A stretch of 64,000 bases of DNA from Eledone cirrhosa (Eukaryota). Shown here piece after piece: positions 57,262 through 64,000 of this stretch; the first letter of the stretch is position 1; each line of letters opens with the position of its first letter. Both the position numbers and the translations under genes were made by a program. Below the pieces are notes generated by a model. The model worked only from the letters and a program-made list of their open reading frames with translations, had not been told where the DNA came from and searched no databases. The stretch lies in contig OZ024752.1 of NCBI GenBank assembly GCA_964016885.1, positions 10,230,001 through 10,294,000 on the forward strand. The letters run 5' to 3'.

Positions 57262-57622
57262 ATACCATGGAGAGATCAATGCTAGGAATCTCGTTGAGAG
57301 ACCACATCAGCAGCGAAGTCATCAGACCGAAGTCCGGCGTGAGGGCGTCATCACGGAATATATGCGCAGCAAGTTCAGATGGGCTGGACACGTCGCCCGG
57401 TTCACCAATATTCGGTGGACCCGTGCAGTTGCCGAGTGGTACAGGCGCAAGCGGAAACGACCACTCGGAAGGCCTCCACGAAGGTGGAGTTACAATTTTA
57501 GGAATATGATTGGGACTACATGGATGAGGAAAGAACGACCCAGAGAGGAATGGACGGCGTACTGTGACCAGCGGCGCCGCATGGACGCCCGACAGACTGG
57601 TCGGTCAAGGTGATCAAGGTGA
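57262..57622 (+). mobile_element. RTE LINE 3' end (downstream half)
   Basis: MERSMLGISLRDHI, KFRWAGHVAR, RKRPLGRPPRRW; TCAAGGTGA tail repeated twice. Confidence 0.92.
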
Positions 57623-58506
57623 TATATAGCATTGGAATACAGAGTGGCTACAAAATAAAAAATGGACTGTAAGATGAGGTAACGAAAAGTAAAAGTTACC
57701 TGGTAATCGTTGATTTGTTTTGTTTCATCTGTCCAATATTTTGGGACGTAAAAGTCCCTTCTCCGGGATTAAGGAACATTCAGTGGATAAAGTTCCAATT
57801 TCCTCTCTTTGGGATAAAATTCTGATTTTGATTAACATTTTTTCTAAGTCGTTCTCAAGCGTTTTTCGATGGTGAATTGGAGAGATTTTGATCTCAGAAC
57901 GTAAAGAATCGTAAACATCTGCCGCAAAACATGGTGACCGATGCTCTACCGATATAGGCAATCAACCGCCATATCAATAATATAAGCAATCTAACATAAC
58001 TTGCACAACTAGCTTTCTTAATGATGAATCTACCAATCCTCTACCAGACTATTTAGAGACTCCGCTCGGTCACGAATGTCGATAGTTTTGCACGTAGAAA
58101 GTTTCCCTACGAGGTTCGTGTCTCATGTACACCAATAGTCAACCTTTTTTTCCCATGCAGAGGTTTTTTTTTAAATCCCAACAGACTAGAGTAATAACTA
58201 TTTTCAGTTGCTTCAACTTAACTACAATATTGTCTTTTTATATGTATATATTTATTCATACATTTCGAGAGCATTAAGATATCTACACATACCTATTTTA
58301 AATATGTATTTGTAAGTAATTCTGGAAAAGGATTGTTTATCTCTCCTTCTACATCTATTTTATTGTATTGTATTATATTATAAACAATATTAGTACATGT
58401 GTAGTATAATATTTTAAAAAAAACGTGATCCTAATGTTTTCCTGTAACATATTTTTCTGTATTTTGTGGGAGTCAACTTATTCTTGTTTGAAAATATTTT
58501 TTTTCC

Positions 58507-58630
58507 TGGCTGTATCAGTAGATGGTCGGAAGCCATGTCTTGCAGCATAGAGTTACGGCACTTTATGATCCGTGTTCAAATCCTGCTGAGATTAACTTTT
58601 CCTTTATCCTTACGGGGTCGATAAAATAAA
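58507..58630 (+). mobile_element. SINE family 1 fragment
   Basis: Matches the other family 1 copies. Confidence 0.8.
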
Positions 58631-58657
58631 CAGTCACGGTTCTATTTAATCGAATTT

Positions 58658-58824
58658 AATCCAAAGAGGGCTCGATAAGGATAAATATATATCAAATATA
58701 TAAGAACCCTAGAGCAAATATTTATTAAAATAACAGATTAAAGTTTAAGCAAATAATCGCTGCTTTCACCCTTAACGTTAAGGGTGAAAGCAGCGATTCT
58801 TTGCTTAAACTTTGATCTGTTGTC

Positions 58825-58830
<6 letters not shown>
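58658..58830. mobile_element. Loopless fold-back element, same family as 31963-32176 in opposite orientation
   Basis: Axis CCCTTAAC|GTTAAGGG near 58777. Confidence 0.8.
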
Positions 58831-58863
<33 letters not shown>

Positions 58864-58867
<4 letters not shown>

Positions 58868-59052
58868 GTTCCACAATTGTTATTAAACCATTTCCTAGGA
58901 CGATTTGTTTCTCCTTAACGGATCATCTGCTCGATTTAAACCAATTGTCTTCAGAAATGGTTTATTAACTGTCGTGGAACTACATCTACCAAACTCGTTC
59001 CATGAACTGAGTGCGCTACTACTGCGGATATTTCCAACCTCTGTTCTGCCCC
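58864..59052. mobile_element. Fold-back element with imperfect arms
   Basis: GTTCCAC..AAACCATTTC / GAAATGGTTT..GTGGAAC; (TA)n on both sides; minus strand has CAGATGA-TCCgttaaGGA-GAAAC. Confidence 0.65.
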
Positions 59053-59460
59053 TATATATATATATAGTGGCAGAACACAGGTGGGTTATATATATATATA
59101 TATATATAACCTCTCATAAATTCGATAGTTTTCCTCCAGTGTTTGCCAAGGGCATGGCTAACTATAAAACAGTGGATCCCTATTGATAATGGTTGAGATA
59201 ATTTGTTAACTTAAATTCACAGACGGTGGGGGGGGGGGGGTAGTGAGGGAACGAAAGAAAGAAAACGAAATAGTTCATACACGCAAGCAGCCCTTTTTCT
59301 GTTTCCGACGATCTCAGAGAGAGAGAGACAGAGACAGAGAAACAGAGAGAGAGAGATATACAGACAGTGTGTGTGCGTGTGTGCGCGTGCGCGCGTGTGT
59401 GCGCGTGCGCGCGTGTGTGCGCGTGCGCGCGTGTGTGCGCGTGCGCGCGTGTGTGCGCGT

Positions 59461-59500
<40 letters not shown>

Positions 59501-59689
59501 TTAAGGATACTATTTATGGTTATGTATATACTAAAAGCTTTTATAGTTATATATATATTATACCCTAAATAGTGAAAGACAGTAATTTATTACTATCTTA
59601 TTACCAGTAAGATAAATAGCTCAATGTACCAACATCAGTTGTTTTACAGAGCAGTTATATATATATATATATATATATGTAGATAAGTA

Positions 59690-60225
59690 TTTGAAAGTAT
59701 ATACTTTCCTTGCATATTAACGGTTGAGCAGCCGCCAAATTTGCATATCGAGTGGGCTAGTCGGCCGGGCATACCGAGAACGATAAATGGAAAATAATGA
59801 AATTTCATTTCTCACTCTTAGTACGGCTGATACTTAAATATAAGTATGTATACGTACATACATATATGTATACAGACGTACAGTAGTATATACAGACGTA
59901 CAGTAGTATATATAAACATACATACATGCACACATATATGTACGTATCGGTACGCCCGGCCGACTAACTCATCCGATATGCAAATTTGACTGTTCAGCCG
60001 TTAATATGCATAAGGAAAGTGTATACTTTCAAACATTAAATAGACTGACAGGAAGGTATACGGTGCTGATGACAGCTAATAAGCTAGAAACTAGTTCATC
60101 CTTACTTTGTCAGTGTTGAGCAAAAGGGCAACGATTGTTGCCGAACACTCTACGACTTAATTCGGTTTGTTTGTTTACAAACGAACCGAACATTATAATA
60201 AATGTTCGGTAAACCCATACGTACG
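59690..60225 (+). mobile_element. Inverted repeat (59690-59777 and 59946-60033) followed by a hammerhead-bearing segment
   Basis: Arms are visible by eye; microsatellites on the flanks. Confidence 0.7.
60044..60114 (+). ncRNA. Minimal type-I hammerhead ribozyme
   Basis: ACTGACAG-G-AAG..GGTG pairs with CATC-CTT-A-CTTTGTCAGT; CTGATGA at 60066; AGCT-AATA-AGCT; GAAA at 60087; palindromic ACTAGT; GUU triplet; one mismatch at the base of helix II. Confidence 0.75.
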
Positions 60226-60307
60226 AATATATGTATGTGTGCATGTATGTATATATGTACATACTACTGTACGTCAGTATACATATATGTGTATATATAT
60301 GTATATA

Positions 60308-60371
<64 letters not shown>

Positions 60372-60844
60372 AAAATAAATAAAGAGTGGTTGGGTGGGTG
60401 TGTATGTATGAGAGAGGGAGTGGGGTGGTAGAGAGAGGGGATGTGGGGAGAGAGTAAAGAAAGAGAGATATAACACGATATATATTGCTTGTTTAAAATT
60501 TAATTGAGGCATTTTCTCTTTAGTATTCAAAATATTATACTGATAATTCTTTGATATTCTCTTAAGTAAATGAAAGTGTAAATATCTGATGAAGACGTTA
60601 ATTGATTTAAGATTGCGTTAGAAAAAAAAAAAAACAATCCCGATATTCTTAATAATTATTTGCTCGAAAACAGAAATTAATGGTTTTGCATATTTTATGG
60701 GTGTGTAACATAAGATTATTTAATTACACATCATTTGTCAATGTTTAAATTCAAAATTTAAAAGTACGTTTAACAACGACTAAGTATGTGTGACTATTGA
60801 TAGCATATATTTGGATTGCAAAATGTATAGCTATCAGACATATG

Positions 60845-60985
60845 ATTGTTTCTACTTTTGGCACAAGGCCAGCAATTATCTCAGTGCATTACTGGTACTT
60901 TATTTTATCGACCCCGTAAGGATTAAAGGCAAAGTTAACCTCGACGGGATTTGAACTCAGACCGTAAAGGGACGTAACTATGCTA
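60845..60985 (-). mobile_element. SINE family 1, 5'-truncated
   Basis: Matches the other family 1 copies. Confidence 0.9.
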
Positions 60986-61666
60986 GAAATCAACCTAAGA
61001 CTAATCTAAGATTAATCAACCTAAGACATTTCTAGAATTAGCATGAGAAAATACCTACAACATATTTAGATATCAAAACATATCTGTTAATAGGTCTAAA
61101 ATTGTCGAGCAGCTTACGGCATCGTACGAATAACTACGTGAATAACCAACCTTATAACAAATAACATTAGATAGAATGTAATCTGATCCACATACATAAA
61201 TAACATATCTCTTGAAGATCAATGATTTACTAAAAATAAAGTGAAGAATCAGAAAATGATATTGTCAACAAGATACCACTTATCTAGAGTACATATAACA
61301 ATGACAGGTTATAAATATAGGATTGAATCGGGGTTATAATTGTAGTGATATGATGAATACAATTTTACTCACTACACATACAATATATAACACTGCAACG
61401 TACCTAAAGAAAATATTTAATTGTTGCTGAGATAACATATCATATACCCAGTGATATATTCGTGGTCATATCATTAAGAACATCGAAGTCATTTTAACAA
61501 TGGTAATATCAATCTACAACAATGTACATATACTGGAGATTTTGATGAAATTATGTCGATGTTATATATGAGATATAATAAAATATTTTATTCTCTTCGT
61601 TCAAGGAATAAAGATTTGCTGAAATAGAAATGCTTATAACATGCAATCACTATTTGTATTATTGTA

Positions 61667-61968
61667 CGGTGGATTGGCATAATCGGTAGAGAGTCGGACA
61701 CCATGCTTTGAAGAATAGAGTTACGTCCCTTTATGATCTGAATTCAAATCCCGCCGAGGTTAACTTTGCCTTTCATCCTTACGGGGTCGATAAAATAAAG
61801 TACCAGTAATGTACTGGGTTATTGCTGGCCTTGTGCTTAAAATAGAAACCATTATTTGTATTATTGTAACGAGGTTGACTTTGCCTTTCATCATTACGGG
61901 TTCGATAAAATAAAGTACCAGTAATGCACTGATTATTTGCTGCTCTTGTGCCTAAAGTAGAAACAATT
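61667..61968 (+). mobile_element. SINE family 1, full copy plus a truncated tandem copy
   Basis: TATTTGTATTATTGTA occurs before, between and after the two copies. Confidence 0.92.
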
Positions 61969-62864
61969 ATTTGTATTATTGTACATAACTATATGCTGAC
62001 CCTTATGTAAAGCAGTTACATCTAGGCTTGTACAGTACCACTGCTATTATAGGTACAATAATAAGACTAACATGTCTTGTAATATAAAATTAAATGTCTT
62101 AATAAATATCAGTACATATATATTAGAATTATCATAATATAATAAAGGAAGGAGTGCGGGACTATGTCCTGAATATCATTTGTTATCCCGTTAGTAAAAT
62201 AAGTTGGATTATTTTGAATAAATACTGAATGAATATTGCATAATTTATGTACTAAATTTTGTAACACTTGATTAAATATAAATAATTTTATTGCTTATTT
62301 CAAGATTTACTTCTTTACATTTTTTGAAATGTCAACTCTTCCGGTTAGCGTCCGTTATATTATAATACTTATTACATCGTTTATATAAACGTTCATATAT
62401 TTGCATCGTTATATAAGCTTTATATTTTTGTCACTAATTTTCTCCTCACGCAGTCTTTTTTAAATGTGTCATGGATTACTTTACTGATTACAGAAGAGTG
62501 TGTAACACAGTCTCTCTTCAATTTCTGTGTATAGTCTCAATTGCGATTTTATTTTACATATATATCATATCTAAATGCATGTATAGTTGCGTATAATATC
62601 AATATATACACTATACATAGTAGCTGAAAACCCTACGGAGCATATATAAATGTACATGCCTGAAATACCGTTGTCTTGATTTTCGTTTTATACTTCTTCT
62701 GACTTACCATATATTTGACGATTCACCCAGCCCTGGTGATTTCATCACATAGTCAGGCACAGTGCATTCAGAAATTATATAATGTGTTCTTTTGTTTATT
62801 GTTTTTAGAGGTTTCTTATATTAGGAATATCATTCCAGGCGATTCCCAAATATTGAGGTTTTGT

Positions 62865-63095
62865 TACAGAACAGATGTGGGTTCAATTCCTGGACTAGGT
62901 TGTGTGTTGCGTTCTTGAGCAAAACACTTCATTTCATGTTGCTCCAGTATACTTAACTTAAAATGAGTACCAGCAATAGCTGGGAGTATAGCTCTGCTAT
63001 GGACTGACGTCCTGTCCAAGGTGAAGGATTGCGCTCTTTGTCTCTTAACACTACAATAACCGAGATAAGCACCAGTCAGCTGAGCATCTAAGCTT
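62865..63095 (+). mobile_element. SINE family 2
   Basis: Homologous to 23140-23410. Confidence 0.82.
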
Positions 63096-63214
63096 GAGAC
63101 AAACTTTACTCTAGACATTATATTAAGGATTTCCTGGAACATATACACCATCGAGGGCAATAACCTATCATACACAATACATATATTGTAATATTCTCGA
63201 TATCCTATCAATTT

Positions 63215-63612
63215 GAATGTTGCTTATATGTCATTATGTAATTACACAATCTTATTACTTTTCCGCGTGTATAATGTTACCTATATGTCATATAATTACA
63301 TAATATTGTCACTTTACCGCGTCTATAATGATACCTATATATCATTATACAATTACAAAATCTTACTACTTTACCGCGTCTATAATGTTACCTATATGTC
63401 ATTATATTATTACATAATCATACTACTTTACCGCGTCTATGATACATATATGTCATTATATAATTACACAATCGTATTACTTTACCGCGTCTATAATGTT
63501 ACATATATGTCATATATAATTACATAATCTTACTACTTTACCGCGTGTAAAATGTTACCTATATATCATTATATAATTACATATACTTATTACTTTACCT
63601 CGTCTATAATGC
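63215..63612. repeat. About 54-bp minisatellite, roughly 7 copies
   Basis: TACTTTACCGCGTCTATAATGTTACCTATATGTCATTATATAATTACA recurs. Confidence 0.92.
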
Positions 63613-64000
63613 TATACGGTTTGTACAAGCATAGAATTTACTGTTATTTGTAAGAATGCATGCATATATACATATACATATATATATATATTCATATGTG
63701 TATAAATAAAAGTGTGTGTGGGAGTGCGTTGATATTATTTATAATTCAAGAAAACCCTTCAAAGTATAACATACATACATATATATATATATATACAATA
63801 TATATAATATATATATGATTATTTATTTAGTAATCAACATATATATTCCATTGTAAACACTTTCATTCGGAACGTAATTATGTGGGAAATATCATTTCCA
63901 CCCTCATAGGATATATTGCATACTATACAATATATTACAAACTATACAGAATTCGAGAAGAAAAATATTCTGTTTAGTTCAACATTGAGTCAAATAACGT

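Overview
AT-rich, repeat-saturated animal DNA with one N gap and no host protein-coding gene that I can support. The (TA)n density and the SINE types suggest an octopod cephalopod, which is inference. Almost all long ORFs in the track are microsatellite translations. The real content is two tRNA-derived SINE families, decayed RTE, CR1/L2-group and CRE-like LINE fragments, non-autonomous Helitron-like elements, a hAT-like MITE, and two 5'-truncated Penelope-like elements with recognisable GIY-YIG domains. The most notable pattern is about a dozen short fold-back (palindrome plus unpaired tail) elements from unrelated sequence families, nearly all bounded by (TA)n. Several carry minimal type-I hammerhead ribozyme motifs, in some cases on both strands. 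One family matches the terminal repeat downstream of the Penelope ORF at 38.5-41.5 kb, many share a CTCT...TTGAGTRC tail motif, and one encloses a tRNA-like cloverleaf. Two LINE copies are split by (TA)n with one half inverted. All alignments and folds were done by eye, so boundaries are approximate.
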